Shown here: piece after piece, positions 45,440 to 58,098 of the stretch
Position numbering within the stretch: the first letter of the stretch is position 1
How the letters are laid out: each line of letters begins with the position of its first letter
Assembly: GCA_964016885.1 (NCBI GenBank)
Contig: OZ024743.1
Location: 278,256,001-278,320,000 of the forward strand
Source of the DNA: Eledone cirrhosa
Lineage: Eukaryota
DNA: 64,000 bases
Reading direction: 5' to 3'
Program-made: the position numbers and the translations under genes
Notes under the pieces: model-generated
What the model was told of the DNA's origin: nothing
What the model saw: only the letters and a program-made list of their open reading frames with translations
The model's database searches: none

Positions 45440-46090
45440 TACTATCCGTTTGGCTATAATGTGGGGCTGTAATACAGGAAAGTTTTGTGCAATTTATGTT
45501 TACAAGCCGAAAATGCCTCAGATTTTTTGTATAAGATGTGGTCTGTGGCGTAGAGTGTTTCCAGGGCCTCACATGGTCTTTTATTTCCGTTATACGATCT
45601 AGCCCTAGCTAGGATCTCCCAGTGTAACTTATATTGGGTGTGGTTGTCTTTTAGACTCCAGATATAAGCTGAAAGTGACGTCATATTCTTTATTAGAGGG
45701 TAACGAAAAGAATGGGTAAGCATGTAAAGACGCTGCTTGAATCTATTGGCGGTAAACCCTATGTAGGCCCTACGGGATGTGGGTGTTTCAACTTTACATT
45801 TGTAGACAATGTTAATAGAGAGGCATTTCCCGAATAGGGGGCAATCAACCCGATTCCTACAATTACAGTTAGTACTAACTACAGGGTTGCACGTGTTCCT
45901 ACGGCTAGGTAGTTTATCTAAATTTGAAGCTGTGCTGTTATGTGCAAGGTTAGGAGTCGTAGAGTAAGAAAGTTTAATAGTATTTCTATTAAAAATTTTA
46001 CTATATTTATGTGTAGGGGGAAATGCTTCGTAATAAGGGATAGAAAGATCTTAGCTAATGGTGTGGCCCGCCACCTCCATATTATATGGT
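45440..46090 (-). pseudogene. PLE linker + GIY-YIG fragment (second Hydra-like family)
   Basis: KHFP, KIFNRNTIKLSYS, CNCRNRVDCPLFGKC, IVY..AYIGFTANRFKQR, LSAYIWSLK, WEILARARSY. Confidence 0.88.
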
Positions 46091-46147
46091 GGGTTATACC
46101 ATATAATGCGTCGGGATCTAGCCTCCTTTGGATTTTAGTCTTCAAAT

Positions 46148-46330
46148 TTATTGGCAGTATCAGTAGAGGGTCGGACGCCATGATTTCCAGCATAGTTACG
46201 TCCCTTTACGATCTGAGTTCAAATCCCGCCGAGGTTGACTTTGCCTTTCATCCTTACGGGGTCGATAAAATAAAGTACCAGTAATGCACTGGTAAATTGC
46301 TGGCCTTGTGCCTAAAGTGGAAACAATTAT

Positions 46331-46332
<2 letters not shown>
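46148..46332 (+). mobile_element. tRNA-headed SINE
   Basis: A box, B box GAGTTCAAATCC and family core. Confidence 0.88.
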
Positions 46333-46414
<82 letters not shown>

Positions 46415-46734
46415 ATACTTTGGGAGGGTCATGTTGCCAATAAGAAACACACGTACCAGTTGCTTTCACTCCAATTTATTATAAATTAAATTTATAAATT
46501 TAAGTAATTTGTAATTTTCCGGTTGGTTGGTTGGTTAGCTCCACAACCGGACGGTTGTTCATATATATATATTGGCAACATGACCCTCCCAAAGTATAAC
46601 AATATCGGTTTCAACACACGTTTTCAGATAAAGAATCTTGCTAAACAAATTCAGAAACGAATTATATATATATATACATACACATATACATACATACATA
46701 CATATATATATATATATAGTAATAATAATAATAA

Positions 46735-47026
46735 TAAATTTTAAGACTAAAATCCAAAGAGGGCTCGATAAGGATAAATATATATCAAATATATAAGAAC
46801 CCTAGTGCAAATATATATTAAAATAACAGATTAAATTTTAATCTGCTATTTTAATGTATATATATATCAAATATATAAGAACCCTAGCGCAAATATTTAT
46901 TAAGATAAGAGATTGAACTTTAATCTGTTATTTTAATAAATATTTGCACTAGGGTTCTTATATATTTTATATATATTTATCCTTATCGAGCCCTCTTTGG
47001 ATTTTAGTCTTCAAAATTATTATTAT

Positions 47027-47030
<4 letters not shown>
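46735..47030. repeat. Inverted repeat of a PLE-type terminal sequence (also ~51605-51900)
   Basis: aagactaaaatccaaagagggctcgataagg... and its reverse complement; related to 174-262. Confidence 0.75.
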
Positions 47031-47063
<33 letters not shown>

Positions 47064-47074
47064 GTAGGAGGTGA

Positions 47075-47122
<48 letters not shown>

Positions 47123-47267
47123 GTAGGAGGTGAGTTTTATATATGTATATATACAAACATAAATTATGGAGATTCGCATTTCGGCCCACGAAATAACGAA
47201 AAACAACCTCCGAGATGTATAATAAAATAAATATGGTTTTATAAATATAGTTTCCAATTGTTAATAT

Positions 47268-47406
<139 letters not shown>

Positions 47407-47469
47407 CTGCAGATATATATATATATACAATATATTGACAAATGGAAACTATATATATAAAACCATATT

Positions 47470-47535
47470 TATTTTATTATACATGTTTCAACGGCCACCA
47501 AGGCAAATTATGGTGCGCTTTCATCAGATAAAATA
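47470..47535 (-). ncRNA. Hammerhead motif, same family as 62707-62772 (duplicate at 52872-52937)
   Basis: UAUUUUAU-CUGAUGA-AAGCGCACCA..UGGUGGCCGUU-GAAACAUGUAUA|AUAAAAUA; stem III is imperfect. Confidence 0.5.
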
Positions 47536-47597
47536 CAATATTTGTTGTATCCCAACAAATTAAATATAACCTCTGCAAATTTATTATTATGGCTATA

Positions 47598-48010
47598 TAT
47601 ATAATATAATAATATAATAATATAATAATATAATAATATAATAATATAATATAATATAATAATATAATATAATATAATAATATAATAATATAATATAATA
47701 TAATAATATAATAATATAATATAATAATATAATAATATAATATAATATAATAATATAATATAATAATATAATAATATAATATAAGGCAAATTATGGTGCG
47801 CTTTCATCAGATAAAATACAATATATAATAATATAATAATATAATATAATATAATAATATAATAATATAATAATATAATAATATAATATAATAAAATATA
47901 ATATATAATATAATATAAGAATATAATATAATAATATAATAATATATTATTATTACTATATATATTATTATTACTATATATATATAGTAATAATAATATA
48001 ATAATATAAT
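47598..48010. repeat. (ATAAT/ATAATAAT)n simple satellite (also 53000-53590)
   Basis: Directly visible. Confidence 0.9.
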
Positions 48011-49196
48011 AATAATTATCATAAATAAACTTATCCTAATTATGCACATCATTCTTCCAAATAAAATAATTTCAAAAATTTGGTTTTCTGACGAACCTAT
48101 CTTTTGACGCCTATTGCTCTGATCATACGAAGAAAAGTAATAAAATTGTATTTTCTACGTCACAATCCACTGTCACCTACGCCAAATCATGTGACAGGTA
48201 ATAACTTCATACGACTCTCTCCGCAGCTATGGATATTTATTTATAAGTTCTAAGAAATCATTATGTATTTAATCTAATTATACATGTCTATATATAAATT
48301 TGAACGACTTCCGTCCGTCACACATATGTGTGTAAAAGGAAGGACGGGGATAGCGAAAAACTATAGCAAAACGGCAGCTGGCGTTCCATTTATTACTCGG
48401 TGTATTAATGTATGTGTGTGTTTGTGTTTGTGCGTTATATGTGTATTTGTGTGAATTTATGTCTGTGAGTTTGTATTTTTTGTAAGTGTGTCTTTGTTTG
48501 CGCGTTTATATGTATACATTCATGCATATAAATGTATGGCTATGCTCATACACACACGCCCCCCCCCCCCGCACAGACACACACACACACATACGCGTCA
48601 GCGTGTTGAAAAATATCCTAGTTTGTATAAAACTCTCAGCCTTTCCGATATCTATGATGTAATGGCTTTAATGGTAGAACGGGGTCTGGATCCACCCGCA
48701 TGTCTTCAGTATATGCATTTGCAATCTGTTACTTTTTGCAAAGTTATATACAATTGCCGGGTACTATTTACGAATCTATTACTCATTATCTCTTTTTATA
48801 ACGCTGCATAGTCAGATTGTTTAGGAGTCTACTTCACAATCAGAATACTCCGTCCCACTGTTTGGTATCTTTGGTAAGTGTCTTTTATTATGATCACTGA
48901 ATGATTAACTGAAACCTTGTAAATAAAATTGGGTGGAAACGATTCATTTGAAAGTCCATTGTATGAATTTTAATTATAAGTCAGAAAAGCGTGTGTCAAA
49001 CTAGCTCTCTCAGAGAATTACCTAAAGAGCATTCATGTCATAAGAATTCTCGCTCTATTCATATTCTAAGTCATGAGTAGTTAAGGAATTTATTACGCAC
49101 CCAAACGGTTTTTATTTCAGTTCTTCTGCCCCTACTATTAGGCAAGGGCCTTCAACTATAGTTTCAGATTCACATAAACATATGTATATATGTATG

Positions 49197-49275
<79 letters not shown>

Positions 49276-50280
49276 ATATATTTATTAAAATAACAGATTA
49301 AAGTTTAAGCAAAGAATCGCTGCTTTCACCCTTAACGGGATCTTCTGAAACTAACAAAGTCAATCTGTAAACGCAGAAGTGGATATTTAAAAAAACCTTA
49401 CAATCGGAGGAAGACAGGAAGACGATACTTTGGTTTGTGTAAACGTTCCCTGGCGAAGAGAGGGAAAAAACGAATATAATACGACATGATTTGGAGCAGT
49501 GAAAAACAATTACACGCAAAGACAGAACCACGTTTATGGTATAAAAGAAGTCGTAGACTAAATTTCTCTTAGGTGGTTCATAGAGACGTTCTCTGGCAAT
49601 GAACGGAAAAAACGAAGATAATACGTCATATGTGGAGCGTGGAGAACAATTGCACGCAAAGACAAAACCACGTAAATGGTATAACTGAAGTCGTAGACTA
49701 AAATTCTAACAAGGAAACCGAATGATTCTCCACTTCAGAGTTAAGAATAAAGTAAATAAAATACAGAGGTAATTGAAATTAAATAAATACATACACGTAT
49801 CCAAATGCGTACATACACAAGCATACGCGAAAACACTCGCCATAGGTATACAAATACACGCACATATAAATATGTGTGTGTGTGCGTGTATACAAATAAT
49901 TAAATAAACGTATATAAATAAATAAATAAATACGTATATAACAAGCGCACACACATACCTACATGTAAATGCACAAATGTTCAGAGATGCACGTCAACCA
50001 AAACACGAAGTACACATATACACACACCCTACATACGTACGAACCCGCATACTCACACAGACGCAAAACTCACGCATACACATAACCAAAAGCATATGTA
50101 CCAGAATATATAAAAATATACGCCATAACATATACAATCAAATATACGTACGAGAAAGTATATGTACCTTCACAAAACATACGGGTAATATATACTTACC
50201 TATGCAAATAAGTAATAGTATAAACATAACATATACTTAGCTACCACATCAAGACGTAAAATATCCGCATATAGATCGTA

Positions 50281-50930
50281 CTATCCGTTTGGCTGTAATG
50301 TGGGGCTGTAATACAGGAAAGTTTTGTGCAATTTATGTTTACAAGCCGAAAATGCCTCAGATTTTTTGTTTAAGATGTGGTCTGTGGCGTAGAGTGTTTC
50401 CAGGGCCTCACATGGTCTTTTATTTCCGTTATACGATCTAGCCCTAGCTAGGATCTCCCAGTGTAACTTATATTGGGTGTGGTTGTCTTTTAGACTCCAG
50501 ATATAAGCTGAAAGTGACGTCATATTCTTTATTAGAGGGTAACGAAAAGAATGGGTAAGCATGTAAAGACGCTGCTTGAATCTATTGGCGGTAAACCCTA
50601 TGTAGGCCCTACGGGATGTGGGTGTTTCAACTTTACATTTGTAGACAATGTTAATAGAGAGGCATTTCCCGAATAGGGGGCAATCAACCCGATTCCTACA
50701 ATTACAGTTAGTACTAACTACAGGGTTGCACGTGTTCCTACGGCTAGGTAGTTTATCTAAATTTGAAGCTGTGCTGTTATGTGCAAGGTTAGGAGTCGTA
50801 GAGTAAGAAAGTTTAATAGTATTTCTATTAAAAATTTTACTATATTTATGTGTAGGGGGAAATGCTTCGTAATAAGGGATAGAAAGATCTTAGCTAATGG
50901 TGTGGCCCGCCACCTCCATATTATATGGTG
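50281..50930 (-). pseudogene. Duplicate of the PLE GIY-YIG fragment at 45440-46090
   Basis: Near-identical sequence. Confidence 0.88.
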
Positions 50931-50986
50931 GGTTATACCATATAATGCGTCGGGATCTAGCCTCCTTTGGATTTTAGTCTTCAAAT

Positions 50987-51169
50987 TTATTGGCAGTATC
51001 AGTAGAGGGTCGGACGCCATGATTTCCAGCATAGTTACGTCCCTTTACGATCTGAGTTCAAATCCCGCCGAGGTTGACTTTGCCTTTCATCCTTACGGGG
51101 TCGATAAAATAAAGTACCAGTAATGCACTGGTAAATTGCTGGCCTTGTGCCTAAAGTGGAAACAATTAT

Positions 51170-51171
<2 letters not shown>
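50987..51171 (+). mobile_element. tRNA-headed SINE (duplicate of 46148-46332)
   Basis: Same sequence by eye. Confidence 0.88.
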
Positions 51172-51219
<48 letters not shown>

Positions 51220-51231
51220 ATAATTGTTTCC

Positions 51232-51288
<57 letters not shown>

Positions 51289-51900
51289 ATACTTTGGGAG
51301 GGTCATGTTGCCAATAAGAAACACACGTACCAGTTGCTTTCACTCCAATTTATTATAAATTAAATTTATAAATTTAAGTAATTTGTAATTTTCCGGTTGG
51401 TTGGTTGGTTAGCTCCACAACCGGACGGTTGTTCATATATATATATTGGCAACATGACCCTCCCAAAGTATAACAATATCGGTTTCAACACACGTTTTCA
51501 GATAAAGAATCTTGCTAAACAAATTCAGAAACGAATTATATATATATATACATACACATATACATACATACATACATATATATATATATATAGTAATAAT
51601 AATAATAATAAATTTTAAGACTAAAATCCAAAGAGGGCTCGATAAGGATAAATATATATCAAATATATAAGAACCCTAGTGCAAATATATATTAAAATAA
51701 CAGATTAAATTTTAATCTGCTATTTTAATGTATATATATATCAAATATATAAGAACCCTAGCGCAAATATTTATTAAGATAAGAGATTGAACTTTAATCT
51801 GTTATTTTAATAAATATTTGCACTAGGGTTCTTATATATTTTATATATATTTATCCTTATCGAGCCCTCTTTGGATTTTAGTCTTCAAAATTATTATTAT

Positions 51901-51935
<35 letters not shown>

Positions 51936-51946
51936 GTAGGAGGTGA

Positions 51947-51998
<52 letters not shown>

Positions 51999-52022
51999 GT
52001 AGGAGGTGAGTTTTATATATGT

Positions 52023-52646
52023 ATATATACAAACATAAATTATGGAGATTCGCATTTCGGCCCACGAAATAACGAAAAACAACCTCCGAGATGATTCAGA
52101 TGAACCAGAACTATAACAAATGTTAAAGGCCAAACACACTGAGACGATGGTTAAACAATCATTCGCATAACCAAAAAAAAAAACGATGAAGTAATTCGGG
52201 TAATGAAAATTTACCTGGACCCCTGGAAGGTTGGTAAAATCCAGTATTTGGGTTTCTGCGCCTCCTAAATCAAGAACCGTCCGCTTACATAAATAATGGC
52301 AGGCTTCTGGTAAGATGATTAAACAAGGAAGCCACTTTCACAATGTTAATACAAGGACTGACTATTGCTGACTCCACGTGGGGATCGGCAAGGGAGGCAG
52401 TCCCTATATCAGGCGAATAAATTCAGTTGAATATATTTTTGCAAGAATGCAAAAACATCACAGATCGAATAGAGTTCTCAACAGAAGGGTTAAAATTAAC
52501 ATAAGCTATTCATCAGTCAATAGAATCAACTAAAAAAATCAAGAAAATTAACTGGTCAATAGCTAGAGTCTGTAAATATATACAAACATAAATTATCGAG
52601 ATTCGCATTTCGGCCCACGAAATAACGAAAAACAACCTCCGAGATG
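52023..52646. mobile_element. Probable PLE fragment bounded by ~70-bp direct repeats
   Basis: atatacaaacataaattat(g/c)gagattcgc..ctccgagatg at ~52025-52093 and ~52578-52646. Internal VLNRRVKINISYS resembles the PLE linker. Confidence 0.5.
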
Positions 52647-52696
52647 TATAATAAAATAAATATGGTTTTATAAATATAGTTTCCAATTGTTAATAT

Positions 52697-52808
<112 letters not shown>

Positions 52809-53584
52809 CTGCAGATATATATATATATACAATATATTGACAAATGGAAACTATATATATAAAACCATATTTATTTTATTATACATGTTTCAACGGCCAC
52901 CAAGGCAAATTATGGTGCGCTTTCATCAGATAAAATACAATATTTGTTGTATCCCAACAAATTAAATATAACCTCTGCAAATTTATTATTATGGCTATAT
53001 ATATAATATAATAATATAATAATATAATAATATAATAATATAATAATATAATATAATATAATAATATAATATAATATAATAATATAATAATATAATATAA
53101 TATAATAATATAATAATATAATATAATAATATAATAATATAATATAATATAATAATATAATATAATAATATAATAATATAATATAAGGCAAATTATGGTG
53201 CGCTTTCATCAGATAAAATACAATATATAATAATATAATAATATAATATAATATAATAATATAATAATATAATAATATAATAATATAATATAATAAAATA
53301 TAATTTATAATATAATATAAGAATATAATATAATAATATAATAATATATTATTATTACTATATATATTATTATTACTATATATATATATAGTAATAATAA
53401 TATAATAATATAATAATATAATAATATAATAATATAATAATATAATATAATATAATAATATAATAATATAATAATATAATAATATAATATAATATAATAA
53501 TATAATATAACAATATAATAATATAATATAATATAATAATATAATATAATATAATAATATAATATAATATAATAATATAATATA

Positions 53585-53683
53585 ATAATTGTTTCTACTT
53601 TAGGCACAAGGCCAGCAATTACCCAGTGCATTACTGGTACTTTATTTTATCGATCCCGTAAGGATGAAAGGCAAAGTCAACCT
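53585..53683 (-). mobile_element. SINE 3' half
   Basis: Family core without the tRNA head. Confidence 0.8.
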
Positions 53684-53846
53684 TATATTATATAATAATA
53701 TAATATAAGGCAAATTATGGTGCGCTTTCATCAGATAAAATACAATATTGGTTGTATCCCAACAAATTAAATATAACCTCTGCATATATATATATATGTG
53801 TGTGTATATATATAGATATATATAGATATATATATATGTGTATGTA

Positions 53847-54463
53847 CTAGCAGCAGTACCCAGCGTTGCCTGGTTAGGTAAAATAATATCTGCTTTGATG
53901 AAAAGGTGTTGATCTTAGCGACTGCTTCTCGATGACTCATGCTGGGGGGGGGGGGGGTAGAATTTGAACGAAATCGGTTGAAAAATGTGAGAGCTAGAGC
54001 CGAAAAGGTGGTATTTTCGAATATTTAAGCGGCTGCAACGCCGCTCCTGAACAAAAAATCCAAAATGTAAAGCCACTTTAAGACGAGAAATAAAAAGTGG
54101 AAATTTGCGTCTAAAAGTGGTACTTTTGAATATTTAAGCGGCTGCCACGCCGTCCCTGAACAACAAATGCAAAACAACAAATGCAAAACATGATAAATTC
54201 AATTTTGCTTTAAAATTTGAACGAAATCGGTTGCAAAATGTGGGAGCTAGAACCAAAATGCTTATTTTTCGATACCTAAAAAAGGTGATTTTTATCTGCA
54301 GAATGACCTCGGAATAAAAAAAACGATACGCTGATATATAGAAAACACTCCCCGATGACTAACCGATGAGCCTGTAAGGTTTCATGAAAATCGGTCGTAA
54401 GATGTAGGCCCCTATAGGTAATACACAGACGCACACACATACTTAATTTTATATATATATAGA
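53847..54463 (-). mobile_element. Non-autonomous Helitron (second family) in (TA)n
   Basis: Minus strand starts TCTATATATATAT-AAAAT and ends hairpin CCAGGCAACGCTGG..CTGCTAG|T; same architecture as 18431-19362. Confidence 0.78.
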
Positions 54464-54521
54464 TATATATATAGATATGTATATATGTATATACATATAT
54501 ATGTATATACACATATATATG

Positions 54522-54612
<91 letters not shown>

Positions 54613-54911
54613 TGGAGTGTTAAAATTTTTTGTGTGTTTACTTGCTATAAATGGGTGGTTCAACAAATAGAAAGCGATACAATATGTACCGAGCTTTAAA
54701 ACTAAAACAGTTGCTCTGGCCAATATGATTTATTTAATAATGATTGAAACTAGTAAAAGAATAAAACAGGGACACGTCAAATTTGAGATTCCGAACCTAT
54801 CTTATTATAGGCTTTTGGAGACAAATATAATATATCATGTGAGGCATAAAAACAGCTTTCTTCTGCTATTCTATATCAAATATTTAATATCAATTAAATT
54901 TAATTTTTTAA

Positions 54912-55100
54912 ATAATTGTTTCTACTTTTGGCACACGGCCAGCAAATCACCAGTACATTACTGGTACTTTATTTTATCGACTCCGTAAGGAGGAAAGGCA
55001 AATTTAACCTCGATGGGATTTGAACTCTGACCATAAAGGGACGTAACTATGCTAGAAAACATGGCGTCCGACCCTCTACCGATACTGCCAGTTCACCACC
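54912..55100 (-). mobile_element. tRNA-headed SINE
   Basis: Same family core. A more diverged copy follows at ~55165-55310. Confidence 0.85.
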
Positions 55101-55593
55101 CTTTTTAAAAAATAATAAATGGCTATGATATCCCTCCTGCATGGTCCATACCTCGCTTTAATAATGGTTTCTAAGACCAGCAATTTCGGGGAAGAGAAAG
55201 TCAATTCTATTGACCTCAACACTTTAGTGGTACTCTGGTTTATTTAATCTCAGAGGGAAGAAAGGCAAAGTTGACCTTTGTGCGATTTTTACTCAGAACT
55301 TAGTGCCGTAAATAAATGCCGCTGTAATGGTTCTGTAAATCCATTACACTTAACTAGCTAGCTTTAATAATACAGCACTACAACAACTTTCTTATATACT
55401 ATATTTCTTCCGGAACCTTATTTTGACTAAAAGAATCTCTATATTCACATGGCTTGTGTTTATAATAGTCGAAAATACCATAGTCACCACAGATCTTGCA
55501 TAGATTGAAAAGAACATTTAAAAAAATGTTATCAGTTATATGACAGAATACTCTATCATATATTTCATGGCATATATTATATATATCACATAC

Positions 55594-55881
55594 CTGATAT
55601 TACTTATCATATTGCAAAAATATGACCACCTTCACCACCAACATAATCCGCAACAGCACCACAACAATCATCATCCTCATCATTAGCATCCTCATCGATG
55701 TCATCGTCATCATCACCATCCTCATCCTTCTGCGTCTCTTCCGCAACATCATAATCATCGCGATTGTTAATGGCCTCTTTGTCATCATCGTCATTATATC
55801 CTGTTTTCCGGTCTGGTAGCAAGAATTGGCCACTATAGAATATGTTGCTGCTGTTGCTGTTTGTTATGGCGAAGGCTGTTC
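55594..55881 (-). other. Candidate exon encoding an Asp/Glu-rich peptide
   Basis: Acceptor ctcctctatcttctacttacag|G and donor CAG|gtatgt. The only frame open from the acceptor is TAFAITNSNSS..DDDD..GHIFAI*. No homology recognised. Confidence 0.3.
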
Positions 55882-56260
55882 CTGTAAGTAGAAGATAGAG
55901 GAGCATGATTATCGAAGATCAAGGCTAAGAATCAAATATTTAAACACACAAACGAATGGAAAAATAAACAAATTGATTTACATAAACAGAAAGCAAAGAA
56001 GAGTTTAAAGATAAGACTTGAACCCTTCACCCAGCTGGCGTGTCAGTCTTCTTACAAAGCAGGTATAATTTATTGGAATCTACAGCCATGACATTTTATC
56101 TTTTTTTCCTGGAATGCATTAGTTCTTAAAACAATTTCTAAAATTGGAAGAAACCGGAATTATGGTATGTACAACAACATTGCAAATATAAGCTATCGAT
56201 ATATTTGATTTCTCTAATCGACAATTGATGATGGAAATGTCCCGCTATAGAGACTATATG

Positions 56261-56422
<162 letters not shown>

Positions 56423-56785
56423 GGAAATATATAATCATAGTTTAACTTATGCCATTGGGTAGAATACAAGAAAAGTTAACTAATACAAGAGAGCATCACT
56501 CGCATGTCCGGTATATTAGTAATAAATAACTTCCTGTTTGATATATATATATATATACTAACCAATACTTATTACTAATTTATACTTATTCCTAATTAAA
56601 CTATTTTTCAATGGGGAAAATTTTCTTTTCCTTTTTACTAATATTAATATATAAATAATTGAAGAAAGTTGGTTGATTGAAAATCTGGCTTCTTTTTCTT
56701 AACAGAGTTAAGCACTCCACGGTTTTTGTTCATTTTGTTATAATAATAAATAAGAAAGACGGTTTCATTTGTACATCCCTATTTA

Positions 56786-56857
56786 TTTTGTTATACGTAT
56801 TTCAAAGACGGAAGGCAATTGTATAACAACTGCCCTACGTGTTCTCTTCATACAAAA
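56786..56857 (-). ncRNA. Hammerhead motif in the PLE pseudo-LTR (C3 changed to A)
   Basis: UUUUGU-AUGAAGA-long stem II-GAAAU-ACGU-AUA|ACAAAA; palindromic stem III. Confidence 0.5.
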
Positions 56858-58098
56858 ATCCAAAGGAGATGTAAAGTTCCATTGATATTTTACCGTTCAT
56901 ACGTGTTATTCCCTTCGTCGACCAGTAAGCATATGTCCGAAATTCTCAATTACAGTTCTTATATGTGCGGAAGATAGTTATTCCGATTGGCGTTGCTGCT
57001 TGTCAACTGGCTAGGATATCAAGTTACCAGATTCGTCGCTTGGTTTATAAGGCATGTATGAACTGTTAGTCTACATTTTATTTTTTTATACTAGATTTTA
57101 TTCACTAATACTAATTCTAATTTTAGATATTTGTACTTTGATGCTGATGTTATAATGTATTTATATATTTATGAATGTTTAATTAATTATTTCGTTGTCT
57201 ATTTAACATTATTTATTGAAGTTTTAACTATATATTCTACGAAATGTCATATTAATTTTGTATAAACAAGAATTAAAAATTTCAGAGCGTTTATTAATAA
57301 TGTTATGCCTACTATATATGATGTGTAAAGTCTCTGCAGTACAGAGGTCACAACCCCTAGATATAGAGCCATTTATACATTGAAAAGGATGTGAGAGTTT
57401 TGACCAAGAAAAGGAGTATTCCACCTGTTTATTTTTTAGCGACCATATCAGTTCCGACAGGGCTATGCTAAATCATTTATCAGCTCTATTAAATGAGTGG
57501 CGCTAGTTGCACTACCTTTCCTTAAATCTAGTAGAAGTTGCACCGTATATTTATAAGTCTTACTACTCGTTTTTACTTCACAACCATAAACAATATTATT
57601 ATCGAAACTGTTATTTTTCATTGGGCTACTATTATGATTTCTGCAATTTCAATTATTTACGTTACCATTCATTGTGCCCTTCCTGTGTCTGCGGGTGTCA
57701 ATTGGTTTATTTCATTTGTGTTAATGGTTTTATACCTGTTATTCGAGTTGTTGTTTGATCTATCAGTGTTTCTGTGCTTGCTATAATGAGTTATCTCTTT
57801 ATGTTTAATTCCCAGATTTCTATTGTTAATCTTCGCTATATTCTAGGCTATGCTTTTGGTTGTTGAGTAAGAAAGTTTAATTGTGTATTGATTAAAGATT
57901 TGACTGTATTTATGTGATTAGGAAAACATTAATCTAATGCGTTAAAAAAAGCCTACCTATATTTTTGTGTAGTCCTAAGGAGTGGGGTGCATTGTACCAC
58001 AGAACGGAGCGGAATCTAACCCTCTTATTTACCTTTATGGTGGTATTTGAGTAATATCTATCTGGAGCCGGGTTAGTCCCGTCTCTATTGTTTGGGGT

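Noticed and set aside
57640-57660. In-frame TGA at a conserved Cys (selenocysteine, as in Naiad PLEs)
   Set aside because: Neighbouring cysteines are decayed to Ser and the element has many stops and frameshifts; ordinary decay is simpler.
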